A DNA stretch of 64,000 nucleotides from the human T2T-CHM13v2.0 reference genome, Homo sapiens, in NCBI RefSeq assembly GCF_009914755.1, contig NC_060943.1. One strand, written 5' to 3'. The translations under genes were made by a program, and so were the position numbers. The notes beneath the pieces are model-generated. The model worked only from the letters and a program-made list of their open reading frames with translations. It was not told the origin of the DNA and made no database searches. Positions 51,401 through 64,000 of this stretch are shown one piece after another. The first letter of the stretch is position 1. Every line of letters starts with the position of its first letter.

Positions 51401-54400
51401 TTGGCTTCGCTTTGTGTCCTTTGGTGGAAACGGGAATATCTTCTAATAAAAACTAGACAGAAATATTCTCAGAATCTCCTTTGTGATGTGGGCATTCAAC
51501 TAACACAGTTGAACATTTCTTTTCACAGAGCAGTTTTGAAACACTCTTTTGGTAGAATCTGCCAGTGGATATTTGGAGCGCTTGGAGGGCTATTGTGCCA
51601 ATGGAAATATCTGCCCCTGAAAACTAGACAGAAGCATTCTCAGAAACTACTTCGTGATGTTTGCATTCAACACACAGAGTTGAACATACCTCTTCACAGA
51701 GCAGTTTTGAAAACCTCTTTCTGTAGAATCTGCAAGTGGATATTCGGACCACTTTGAGGCCTTCATAGGAAACAGTAATATCTTCACATAAAAACTAGAT
51801 AGAAGCATTGTCAGAAAGTTCTTTGTGATGTGTGAATTCAACTCACAGAGTTGAACCTTCCTTTAATAGAGCAGTTTTGAAACACTCTTTTTCTAGAATC
51901 TGCAAGTAGATATTTGGAGCGCTTTGAGGCCTTCGTTGGAAACCGGAATATCTTCACAGGAAAAGTAGATAGAGGCATTCTCAGAAACTTTTTTTGTGAT
52001 ATGTAGATTCAACTCACAGCGTTGAACCTTTCTTTGGGTGGAGCAGTTTTGAAAACCTCTTTTATCGAATCTGCAGGTAGACATTTGGGGTGCTTTGAGG
52101 GCTGTGGTGCAAAAGGAAATGTCTTCCCATAGAAACTAGACTGAAGCATTCTCAGCAACTTCTTGGTGACGTTTGCATTCATCTCACAGTGTTGAACATA
52201 CCTTTACATAGAGTGGTTTTGAAACACTGTTTTTGTAGAATCGGCAAGTGGATATTTGGACTGCTTTGAGGCCTTCATCGGAAACGGGAATATCTTCACT
52301 TAAACACTAGAGAGAAGCATTCTCAGAAACTTCTTTGTCATCTGTCCATTCAACTCACAGAGTTGAACCTTCCTTTTTATGGAGCAGTTTTGAAACACTC
52401 CTTTTGGAGAATCTGCAAGTGGATATTTGGAGCGCTTTGAGGCCTAGGGTAGAAACAGAAATATCTGCCTCTAAAAACCAGACAGAAGCATTCCGAGAAA
52501 CTTCTTTGTGATGTTTGCATTCAACTAGCAGAGTTGAACTTCCTTTTGATAGGGCAGTTTGGAGACACTCTTTTTGTAGAATCTGCATGTGGATATCTGG
52601 AGCGGTTTGAGGCCTACGGTCAAAAAGGAAATATCTTCCTGGGAAAAATAGACGAAAGCATTCTCAGAAAGTGCTTTGTGATATGTGCATTCGACTCACC
52701 GAGTTGAAACTTTTTTTTGATAGAGCAGTTTTGAAACACTCTGCAGAATCTGAAAGTTGATATTTGGAGCTCTTTGAGGGCTATGGCGGAAAAGAAAATA
52801 TATTCACATTAAAGTAGACAGCAGCATTCTCAGAAACTTCTTTAGGATGTTTGCAGTAAACTCACAGAGTTGAACATACCTTTCCGTAGAGCAGTTTTGA
52901 AACACTCTGTTTGTGGGATCCGCAAGTGGATATTTGGACCGCTTTGAGACCTTTGCTGGAAATGGGAATATCTTCACGTATAAACTAGACAGAAGCATTC
53001 TCAGAAACTTCTTCGTGATGTGTGCATTCTCCTCCCGAATTTGAATCTTCCTTTTCATGAAGCAGTTTTGAAACACTCTGTTTGTGCAATCCACAATTGG
53101 ATAATTGGAACGCTTTGATGCCCATGGTAGAAAAGGAAATATCCTCATATAAAAACTAGACAGAAGGATTCACAGAAAATGCTTTGTGATGTGTGCATTC
53201 AAATCACGGAGTTGAATCTTTCTTTTGTTAGAGCAGTTTTGAAACACTGTTTCTGTGGAATCTGCCAGCGGACACTTGGAGCGCTTTGAGGGCTATGGTG
53301 GAGAAGGAAATATCTTCCCATAAAAACTAGACAGAAGCATACTCAGAAACATTTATGTGAAGCGTGCATTCAACTCACAGAGTTGAACCTTCCTTTTGAT
53401 ACAACAGTTTTGAAACACTCTTTTGAACAATTGCAGGTGAATCTTTGGAGCGCTTTGAAGCCTTTGTTGGAAATGGGAATATCTTCACACACAAACTAGC
53501 CAGAAGCATTCTCAGAAACTTCTTTGTGATGTGTGCGTTGAACCCAGAGAGATGAACCTTTCCTTCGATAGAGCAGTTTTGAAACGTGTTTTTGTAAGAT
53601 CGGCAAGCGGATAATTGGCTTCGCTTTGTGTCCTTTGGTGGAAACGGGAATATCTTCTAATAAAAACTAGACAGAAATATTCTCAGAATCTCCTTTGTGA
53701 TGTGGGCATTCAACTAACACAGTTGAACATTTCTTTTCACAGAGCAGTTTTGAAACACTCTTTTGGTAGAATCTGCCAGTGGATATTTGGAGCGCTTGGA
53801 GGGCTATTGTGCCAATGGAAATATCTGCCCCTGAAAACTAGACAGAAGCATTCTCAGAAACTACTTCGTGATGTTTGCATTCAACACACAGAGTTGAACA
53901 TACCTCTTCACAGAGCAGTTTTGAAAACCTCTTTCTGTAGAATCTGCAAGTGGATATTCGGACCACTTTGAGGCCTTCATAGGAAACAGTAATATCTTCA
54001 CATAAAAACTAGATAGAAGCATTGTCAGAAAGTTCTTTGTGATGTGTGAATTCAACTCACAGAGTTGAACCTTCCTTTAATAGAGCAGTTTTGAAACACT
54101 CTTTTTCTAGAATCTGCAAGTAGATATTTGGAGCGCTTTGAGGCCTTCGTTGGAAACCGGAATATCTTCACAGGAAAAGTAGATAGAGGCATTCTCAGAA
54201 ACTTTTTTTGTGATATGTAGATTCAACTCACAGCGTTGAACCTTTCTTTGGGTGGAGCAGTTTTGAAAACCTCTTTTATCGAATCTGCAGGTAGACATTT
54301 GGGGTGCTTTGAGGGCTGTGGTGCAAAAGGAAATGTCTTCCCATAGAAACTAGACTGAAGCATTCTCAGCAACTTCTTGGTGACGTTTGCATTCATCTCA

Positions 54401-57400
54401 CAGTGTTGAACATACCTTTACATAGAGTGGTTTTGAAACACTGTTTTTGTAGAATCGGCAAGTGGATATTTGGACTGCTTTGAGGCCTTCATCGGAAACG
54501 GGAATATCTTCACATAAACACTAGAGAGAAGCATTCTCAGAAACTTCTTTGTCATCTGTCCATTCAACTCACAGAGTTGAACCTTCCTTTTTATGGAGCA
54601 GTTTTGAAACACTCCTTTTGGAGAATCTGCAAGTGGATATTTGGAGCGCTTTGAGGCCTAGGGTAGAAAAAAAATATCTGTCTCTAAAAACCAGACAGAA
54701 GCATTCCGAGAAACTTCTCTGTGATGTTTGCATTCAACTAGCAGAGTTGAACCTTCCTTTTGATTGGGCAGTTTGGAGACACTCTTTTTGTAGAATCTGC
54801 ATGTGGATATCTGGAGCGGTTTGAGGCCTACGGTCAAAAAGGAAATATCTTCCTGGGAAAAATAGACGAAAGCATTCTCAGAAAATGCTTTGTGATATGT
54901 GCATTCGACTCACCGAGTTGAAACTTTTTTTTGATAGAGCAGTTTTGAAACACTCTGCAGAATCTGAAAGTGGATATTTGGAGCTCTTTAAGGGCTATGG
55001 CGGAAAAGAAAATATATCCACATTAAAGTAGACAGCAGCATTCTCAGAAACTTCTTTAGGATGTTTGCAGTAAACTCACAGAGTTGAACATACCTTTACG
55101 TAGAGCAGTTTTGAAACACTCTGTTTGTGGGATCCGCAAGTGGATATTTGGACCGCTTTGAGACCTTTGCTGGAAATGGGAATATCTTCACGTATAAACT
55201 AGACAGAAGCATTCTCAGAAACTTCTTCGTGATGTGTGCATTCTACTCCCGAATTTGAATCTTCCTTTTCATGAAGCAGTTTTGAAACACTCTGTTTGTG
55301 CAATCCACAATTGGATAATTGGAACGCTTTGATACCCATGGTAGAAAAGGAAATAGCCTCATATAAAAACTAGACAGAAGGATTCACAGAAAATGCTTTG
55401 TGATGTGTGCATTCCATTCACGGAGTTGAATCTTTCTTTTGTTAGAGCAGTTTTGAAACACTGTTTCTGTGGAATCTGCCAGCGGACAGTTGGAGCGCTT
55501 TGAGGGCTATGGTGGAGAAGGAAATATCTTCCCATAAAAACTAGAGAGAAGCATTCTCAGAAACATTTATGTGAAGCGTGCATTCAACTCACAGAGTTGA
55601 ACCTTCCTTTTGATACAACAGTTTTGAAACACTCTTTTGAACAATTGCAGGTGAATCTTTGGAGCGCTTTGAAGCCTTTGTTGGAAATGGGAATATCTTC
55701 ACACACAAACTAGCCAGAAGCATTCTCAGAAACTTCTTTGTGATGTGTGCGTTGAACCCAGAGAGATGAACCTTTCCTTGGATAGAGCAGTTTTGAAACG
55801 TGTTTTTGTAAGATCGGCAAGCGGATAATTGGCTTCGCTTTGTGTCCTTTGGTGGAATCGGGAATATCTTCTAATAAAAACTAGACAGAAATATTCTCAG
55901 AATCCCCTTTGTGATGTGGGAATTCAACTAACACAGTTGAACATTTCTTTTCACAGAGCAGTTTTGAAACACTCTTTTGGTAGAATCTGCCAGTGGATAT
56001 TTGGAGCGCTTGGAGGGCTATTGTGCCAATGGAAATATCTGCCCCTGAAAACTAGACAGAAGCATTCTCAGAAACTACTTCGTGATGTTTGCATTCAACA
56101 CACAGAGTTGAACATACCTCTTCACAGAGCAGTTTTGAAAACCTCTTTCTGTAGAATCTGCAAGTGGATATTCGGACCACTTTGAGGCCTTCATAGGAAA
56201 CAGTAATATCTTCACATAAAAACTAGATAGAAGCATTGTCCGAAAGTTCTTTGTGATGTGTGAATTCAACTCACAGAGTTGAACCTTCCTTTAATAGAGC
56301 AGTTGTGAAACACTCTTTTTCTAGAATCTGCAAGTAGATATTTGGAGCGCTTTGAGGCCTTCGTTGGAAACCGGAATATCTTCACAGGAAAATTAGATAG
56401 AGGCATTCTCAGAAACTTTTTTTGTGATATGTAGATTCAACTCACAGTGTTGAACCTTTCTTTGGATGGAGCAGTTTTGAAAAACTCTTTTATCGAATCT
56501 GCAGGTAGACATTTGGGGTGCTTTGAGGGCTGTGGTGCAAAAGGAAATGTCTTCCCATAGAAACTAGACTGAAGCATTCTCAGCAACTTCTTGGTGACGT
56601 TTGCATTCGTCTCACAGTGTTGAACATACCTCTCCATAGAGTGGTTTTGAAACACTGTTTTTGTAGAATCGGCAAGTGGATATTTGGACTGCTTTGAGGC
56701 CTTCATCGGAAACGGGAATATCTTCTCATAAACACTAGAGAGAAGCATTCTCAGAAACTTCTTTGTCATCTATCCATTCAACTCACAGAGTTGAACCTTC
56801 CTTTTTATGGAGCAGTTTTGAAACACTCCTTTTGGAGAATCTGCAGGTGGATATTTGGAGCGCTTTGAGGCCTATGGTAGAAAAAGAAATATCTGCCTCT
56901 AAAAACCAGACAGAAGCATTCCGAGAAACTTCTTTGTGATGTTTGCATTCAACTAGCAGAGTTGAACCTTCCTTTTGATAGGGCAGTTTGGAAACACTCT
57001 TTTTGTAGAATCTGCATGTGGATATCTGGAGCGGTTTGAGGCCTACGGTCAAAAAGGAAATATCTTCCTGGGAAAAATAGACGAAAGCATTCTCAGAAAC
57101 TGCTTTGTGATATGTGCATTCGACTCACCGAGTTGAAACTTTTTTTTGATAGAGCAGTTTTGAAACACTCTGTAGAATCTGAAAGTGGATATTTGGAGCT
57201 CTTTGAGGGCTATGGCGGAAAAGAAAATATATTCACATTAAAGTAGACAGCAGCATTCTCAGAAACTTCTTTAGGATGTTTGCAGTAAACTCACAGAGTT
57301 GAACATACCTTTCCGTAGAGCAGTTTTGAAACACTCTGTTTGTGGGATCCGCAAGTGGATATTTGGACCGCTTTGAGACCTTTGCTGGAAATGGGAATAT

Positions 57401-60400
57401 CTTCACGTATAAACTAGACAGAAGCATTCTCAGAAACTTCTTCGTGATGTGTGCATTCTACTCCCGAATTTGAATCTTCCTTTTCATGAAGCAGTTTTGA
57501 AACACTCTGTTTGTGCAATCCACAAGTGGATAATTGGAACGCTTTGATGCCCATGGTAGAAAAGGAAATATCCTCATATAAAAACTAGACAGAAGGATCC
57601 ACAGAAAATGCTTTGTGATGTGTGCATTCAAATCATGGAGTTGAATCTTTCTTTTGTCAGAGCAGTTTTGAAACACTGTTTCTGTGGAATCTGCCAGCGG
57701 ACACTTGGAGCGCTTTGAGGGCTATGGTGGAGAAGGAAATATCTTCCCATAAAAACTAGAGAGAAGCATTCTCAGAAACATTTATGTTAAGCGTGCATTC
57801 AACTCACAGAGTTGAACCTTCCTTTTGATACAACAGTTTTGAAACACTCTTTTGAACAATTGCAGGTGAATCTTTGGAGCGCTTTGAAGCCTTTGTTGGA
57901 AATGGGAATATCTTCACACACAAACTAGCCAGAAGCATTCTCAGAAACTTCTTTGTGATGTGTGCGTTGAACCCAGAGAGATGAACCTTTCCTTCGATAG
58001 AGCAGTTTTGAAACGCGTTTTTGTAAGATTGGCAAGCGGATAATTGGCTTCGCTTTTTGTCCTTTGGTGGAAACGGGAATATCTTCTAATAAAAACTAGA
58101 CAGAAATATTCTCAGAATCTCCTTTGTGATGTGGGCATTCAACTAACACAGTTGAACATTTCTTTTCACAGAGCAGTTTTGAAACACTCTTTTGGTAGAA
58201 TCTGCCAGTGGATATTTGGAGCGCTTGGAGGGCTATTGTGCCAATGGAAATATCTGCCCCTGAAAACTGGACAGAAGCATTCTCAGAAACTACTTCGTGA
58301 TGTTTGCATTCAACACACAGAGTTGAACATACCTCTTCACAGAGCAGTTTTGAAAAACTCTTTCTGTAGAATCTGCAAGTGGATATTCGGACCACTTTGA
58401 GGCCTTCATAGGAAACAGTAATATCTTCACATAAAAACTAGATAGAAGCATTGTCAGAAAGTTCTTTGTGATGTGTGAATTCAACTCACAGAGTTGAACC
58501 TTCCTTTAATAGAGCAGTTGTGAAACACTCTTTTTCTAGAATCTGAAAGTAGATATTTGGAGCGCTTTGAGGCCTTCGTTGGAAACCGGAATATCTTCAC
58601 AGGAAAAGTAGATAGAGGCATTCTCAGAAACTTTTTTTGTGATATGTAGATTCAACTCACAGCGTTGAACCTTTCTTTGGATGGAGCAGTTTTGAAAAAC
58701 TCTTTTATCGAATCTGCAGGTAGACATTTGGGGTGCTTTGAGGGCTGTGGTGCAAAAGGAAATGTCTTCCCATAGAAACTAGACTGAAGCATTCTCAGCA
58801 ACTTCTTGGTGACGTTTGCATTCATCTCACAGTGTTGAACATACCTCTCCATAGAGTGGTTTTGAAACACTGTTTTTGTAGAATCGGCAAGTGGATATTT
58901 GGACTGCTTTGAGGCCTTCATCGGAAACGGGAATATCTTCACATAAACACTAGAGAGAAGCATTCTCAGAAACTTCTTTGTCATCTGTCCATTCAACTCA
59001 CAGAGTTGAACCTTCCTTTTTATGGAGCAGTTTTGAAACACTCCTTTTGGAGAATCTGCAGGTGGATATTTGGAGCGCTTTGAGGCCTATGGTAGAAAAA
59101 GAAATATCTGCCTCTAAAAACCAGACAGAAGCATTCCGAGAAACTTCTTTGTGATGTTTGCATTCAACTAGCAGAGTTGAACCTTCCTTTTGATAGGGCA
59201 GTTTGGAAACACTCTTTTTGTAGAATCTGCATGTGGATATCTGGAGCGGTTTGAGGCCTACGGTCAAAAAGGAAATATGTTCCTGGGAAAAATAGACGAA
59301 AGCATTCTCAGAAAGTGCTTTGTGATATGTGCATTCGACTCACCGAGTTGAAACTTTTTTTTGATAGAGCAGTTTTGAAACACTCTGCAGAATCTGAAAG
59401 TGGATATTTGGAGCTCTTTGAGGGCTTAGGCGGAAAAGAAAATATATTCACATTAAAGTAGACAGCAGCATTCTCAGAAACTTCTTTAGGATGTTTGCAG
59501 TAAACTCACAGAGTTGAACATACCTTTCCGTAGAGCAGTTTTGAAACACTCTGTTTGTGGGATCCGCAAGTGGATATTTGGACCGCTTTGAGACCTTTGC
59601 TGGAAATGGGAATATCTTCACGTATAAACTAGACAGAAGCATTCTCAGAAACTTCTTCGTGATGTGTGCATTCTACTCCCGAATTTGAATCTTCCTTTTC
59701 ATGAAGCAGTTTTGAAACACTCTGTTTGTGCAATCCACAAGTGGATAATTGGAACGCTTTGATGACCATGGTAGAAAAGGAAATATCCTCATATAAAAAC
59801 TAGACAGAAGGATCCACAGAAAATGCTTTGTGATGTGTGCATTCAAATCACGGAGTTGAATCTTTCTTTTGTCAGAGCAGTTTTGAAACACTGTTTCTGT
59901 GGAATCTGCCAGCGGACACTTGGAGCGCTTTGAGGGCTATGGTGGAGAAGGAAATATCTTCCCATAAAAACTAGAGAGAAGCATTCTCAGAAACATTTAT
60001 GTTAAGGGTGCATTCAACTCACAGAGTTGAACCTTCCTTTTGATACAACAGTTTTGAAACACTCTTTTGAACAATTGCAGGTGAATCTTTGGAGCGCTTT
60101 GAAGCCTTTGTTGGAAATGGGAATATCTTCACACACAAACTAGCCAGAAGCATTCTCAGAAACTTCTTTGTGATGTGTGCGTTGAACCCAGAGAGATGAA
60201 CCTTTCCTTCGATAGAGCAGTTTTGAAACGCGTTTTTGTAAGATCGGCAAGCGGATAATTGGCTTCGCTTTGTGTCCTTTGGTGGAAACGGGAATATCTT
60301 CTAATAAAAACTAGACAGAAATATTCTCAGAATCTCCTTTGTGATGTGGGCATTCAACTAACACAGTTGAACATTTCTTTTCACAGAGCAGTTTTGAAAC

Positions 60401-62470
60401 ACTCTTTTGGTAGAATCTGCCAGTGGATATGTGGAGCGCTTGGAGGGCTATTGTGCCAATGGAAATATCTGCCCCTGAAAACTGGACAGAAGCATTCTCA
60501 GAAACTACTTCGTGATGTTTGCATTCAACACACAGAGTTGAACATACCTCTTCACAGAGCAGTTTTGAAAAACTCTTTCTGTAGAATCTGCAAGTGGATA
60601 TTCGGACCACTTTGAGGCCTTCATAGGAAACAGTAATATCTTCACATAAAAACTAGATAGAAGCATTGTCAGAAAGTTCTTTGTGATGTGTGAATTCAAC
60701 TCACAGAGTTGAACCTTCCTTTAATAGAGCAGTTGTGAAACACTCTTTTTCTAGAATCTGCAAGTAGATATTTGGAGCGCTTTGAGGCCTTCGTTGGAAA
60801 CCGGAATATCTTCACAGGAAAAGTAGATAGAGGCATTCTCAGAAACTTTTTTTGTGATATGTAGATTCAACTCACAGCGTTGAACCTTTCTTTGGATGGA
60901 GCAGTTTTGAAAAACTCTTTTATCGAATCTGCAGGTAGACATTTGGGGTGCTTTGAGGGCTGTGGTGCAAAAGGAAATGTCTTCCCATAGAAACTAGACT
61001 GAAGCATTCTCAGCAACTTCTTGGTGACGTTTGCATTCATCTCACAGTGTTGAACATACCTCTCCATAGAGTGGTTTTGAAACACTGTTTTTGTAGAATC
61101 GGCAAGTGGATATTTGGACTGCTTTGAGGCCTTCATCGGAAACGGGAATATCTTCACATAAACACTAGAGAGAAGCATTCTCAGAAACTTCTTTGTCATC
61201 TGTCCATTCAACTCACAGAGTTGAACCTGCCTTTTTATGGAGCAGTTTTGAAACACTCCTTTTGGAGAATCTGCAGGTGGATATTTGGAGCGCTTTGAGG
61301 CCTATGGTAGAAAAAGAAATATCTGCCTCTAAAAACCAGACAGAAGCATTCCGAGAAACTTCTTTGTGATGTTTGCATTCAACTAGCAGAGTTGAACCTT
61401 CCTTTTGATAGGGCAGTTTGGAAACACTCTTTTTGTAGAATCTGCATGTGGATATCTGGAGCGGTTTGAGGCCTACGGTCAAAAAGGAAATATCTTCCTG
61501 GGAAAAATAGACGAAAGCATTCTCAGAAAGTGCTTTGTGATATGTGCATTCGACTCACCGAGTTGAAACTTTTTTTTGATAGAGCAGTTTTGAAACACTC
61601 TGTAGAATCTGAAAGTGGATATTTGGAGCTCTTTGAGGGCTATGGCGGAAAAGAAAATATATTCACATTAAAGTAGACAGCAGCATTCTCAGAAACTTCT
61701 TTAGGATGTTTGCAGTAAACTCACAGAGTTGAACATACCTTTCCGTAGAGCAGTTTTGAAACACTCTGTTTGTGGGATCTGCAAGTGGATATTTGGACCG
61801 CTTTGAGACCTTTGCTGGAAATGGGAATATCTTCACATATAAACTAGACAGAAGCATTCTCAGAAACTTCTTCGTGATGTGTGCATTCTACTCCCGAATT
61901 TGAATCTTCCTTTTCATGAAGCAGTTTTGAAACACTCTGTTTGTGCAATCCACAAGTGGATAATTGGAACGCTTTGATGCCCATGGTAGAAAAGGAAATA
62001 TCCTCATATAAAAACTAGACAGAAGGATCCACAGAAAATGCTTTGTGATGTGTGCATTCAAATCACGGAGTTGAATCTTTCTTTTGTCAGAGCAGTTTTG
62101 AAACACTGTTTCTGTGGAATCTGCCAGCGGACACTTGGAGCGCTTTGAGGGCTATGGTGGAGAAGGAAATATCTTCCCATAAAAACTAGAGAGAAGCATT
62201 CTCAGAAACATTTGTGTGAAGCGTGCATTCAACTCACAGAGTTGAACCTTCCTTTTGATACAACAGTTTTGAAACACTCTTTTGAGCAATTGCAGGTGAA
62301 TCTTTGGAGCGCTTTGAAGCCTTTGTTGGAAATGGGAATATCTTCACACACAAACTAGCCAGAAGCATTCTCAGAAACTTCTTTGTGATGTGTGCGTTGA
62401 ACCCAGAGAGATGAACCTTTCCTTTGATAGAGCAGTTTTGAAACGTGTTTTTGTAAGATCGGCAAGCGGA
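51401..62470 (+). repeat. HOR haplotype block D (T7 insertion, 2214-2215-bp units, 5 copies)
   Basis: cagaaac-T7-gtg at 51989, 54203, 56417, 58632, 60847 versus T6 elsewhere (e.g. 1017, 63062). Confidence 0.85.
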
Positions 62471-64000
62471 TAATTGGCTTCGCTTTGTGTCCTTTGGTGG
62501 AAACGGGAATATCTTCTAATAAAAACTAGACAGAAATATTCTCAGAATCTCCTTTGTGATGTGGGCATTCAACTAACACAGTTGAACATTTCTTTTCACA
62601 GAGCAGTTTTGAAACACTCTTTTGGTAGAATCTGCCAGTGGATATTTGGAGCGCTTGGAGGGCTATTGTGCCAATGGAAAGATCTGCCCCTGAAAACTAG
62701 ACAGAAGCATTCTCAGAAACTACTTCTTGATGTTTGCATTCAACACACAGAGTTGAACATACCTCTTCACAGAGCAGTTTTGAAAACCTCTTTCTGTAGA
62801 ATCTGCAAGTGGATATTCGGACCACTTTGAGGCCTTCATAGGAAACAGTAATATCTTCACATAAAAACTAGATAGAAGCATTGTCAGAAAGTTCTTTGTG
62901 ATGTGTGAATTCAACTCACAGAGTTGAACCTTCCTTTAATAGAGCAGTTTTGAAACACTCCTTTTCTAGAATCTGCAAGTAGATATTTGGAGCGCTTTGA
63001 GGCCTTCGTTGGAAACCGGAATATCTTCACAGGAAAAGTAGATAGAGGCATTCTCAGAAACTTTTTTGTGATATGTAGATTCAACTCACAGCGTTGAACC
63101 TTTCTTTGGATGGAGCAGTTTTGAAAACCTCTTTTATCGAATCTGCAGGTAGACATTCGGGGTGGTTTGAGGGCTGTGGTGCAAAAGGAAATGTCTTCAC
63201 GTAGAAACTAGACTGAAGCATTCTCAGCAACTTCTTGGTGACGTTTGCATTCAACTCACAGTGTTGAACATACCTTTCCATAGAGTGGTTTTGAAACACT
63301 GTTTTTGTAGAATCGGCAAGTGGATATTTGGACTGCTTTGAGGCCTTCATCGGAAACCGGAATATCTTCACATAAACACTAGAGAGAAGCATTCTCAGAA
63401 ACTTCTTTGTCATCTGTCCATTCAACTCACAGAGTTGAACCTTCCTTTTTATGGAGCAGTTTTGAAACACTCCTTTTGGAGAATCTGCAGGTGGATATTT
63501 GGAGCGCTTTGAGGCCTATGGTAGAAAAAGAAATATCTGCCTCTAAAAACCAGACAGAAGCATTCCGAGAAACTTCTTTGTGATGTTTGCATTCAACTAG
63601 CAGAGTTGAACCTTCCTTTTGATAGGGCAGTTTGGAAACACTCTTTTTGTAGAATCTGCATGTGGATATCTGGAGCGGTTTGAGGCCTACGGTCAAAAAG
63701 GAAATATCTTCCTGGGAAAAATAGACGAAAGCATTCTCAGAAAGTGCTTTGTGATATGCGCATTCGACTCACCGAGTTGAAACTTTTTTTTGATAGAGCA
63801 GTTTTGAAACACTCTGTAGAATCTGAAAGTGGATATTTGGAGCTCTTTGAGGGCTATGGCGGAAAAGAAAATATATTCACATTAAAGTAGACAGCAGCAT
63901 TCTCAGAAACTTCTTTAGGATGTTTGCAGTAAACTCACAGAGTTGAACATACCTTTCCGTAGAGCAGTTTTGAAACACTCTGTTTGTGGGATCCGCAAGT

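Larger units (their letters stand above)
1..64000 (+). repeat. Alpha-satellite higher-order repeat array, 13-mer HOR (~2.21 kb), ~28.9 copies, SF5-like
   Basis: Alphoid landmarks (cattctcagaaact, cattcaactcacagagttgaac, gagcagttttgaaacactc, gtagaatctgcaagtggatatttgga) recur every ~171 bp. An HOR-unique marker (ttggcttcgctttg) recurs at 429, 2644, 4859, 7074, 9292 ... 60259, 62474 (29 times) with spacings of 2213-2218 bp. The array runs off both window ends. Confidence 0.99.
1..64000 (+). other. Probable identity: human chromosome 5 (or sister chromosome 19) SF5 13-mer array, D5Z1/pG-A16-type, inactive pericentromeric HOR
   Basis: Inference from recalled knowledge: 13-mer, base length 2214 bp, one EcoRI site per unit, irregular A/B order, no intact CENP-B box. 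A chromosome 4 SF5 13-mer is a less likely alternative. Not verified by alignment. Confidence 0.7.

Noticed and set aside
1-64000. CRISPR-like pattern of conserved motifs separated by variable sequence
   Set aside because: The intervening sequences are homologous parts of 171-bp monomers that repeat every 13 monomers, not unique spacers. No cas genes or leader.
1-64000. L1/Alu insertion, inversion or unique island
   Set aside because: HOR spacing never departs from 2213-2218 bp and the orientation is constant, leaving no room for an insertion.
1-64000. Synthetic or model-generated centromere sequence, or HAC construct
   Set aside because: Long-range linkage of private variants and ordered haplotype blocks argue for a real linear assembly. 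This cannot be fully excluded without provenance.
1-64000. A previously undescribed biological system
   Set aside because: Everything visible is explained by a known class of alpha-satellite HOR and its ordinary turnover by duplication, crossover and conversion.

Overview
The whole 64 kb window is one uninterrupted, head-to-tail primate (very likely human) alpha-satellite array in consensus (+) orientation. It consists of about 29 copies of a 13-monomer higher-order repeat (HOR) of 2213-2218 bp. The box types run irregularly (A B B A B B A B A A A B A), as expected for suprachromosomal family 5 (R1/R2 monomers). By eye, none of the six B-type sites is an intact CENP-B box and none of the seven A-type sites is a perfect pJalpha motif. 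From memory this fits the ~2214-bp SF5 13-mer of chromosome 5 (D5Z1/pG-A16 type, with a close sister on chromosome 19), usually regarded as an inactive array flanking the active centromere; this assignment needs a database check. I found no genes, RNA genes, transposons, inversions, CRISPR arrays or monomer-number variants. All listed ORFs are chance satellite frames that recur with the HOR period. I see no previously undescribed biological system. What is worth a second look is the array's fine evolutionary structure: nested HOR haplotype blocks, a hybrid junction copy, recent one-unit duplications, alternate-copy variant sharing, putative conversion patches, and CENP-B boxes broken in complementary halves. 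Variant positions were read by eye.
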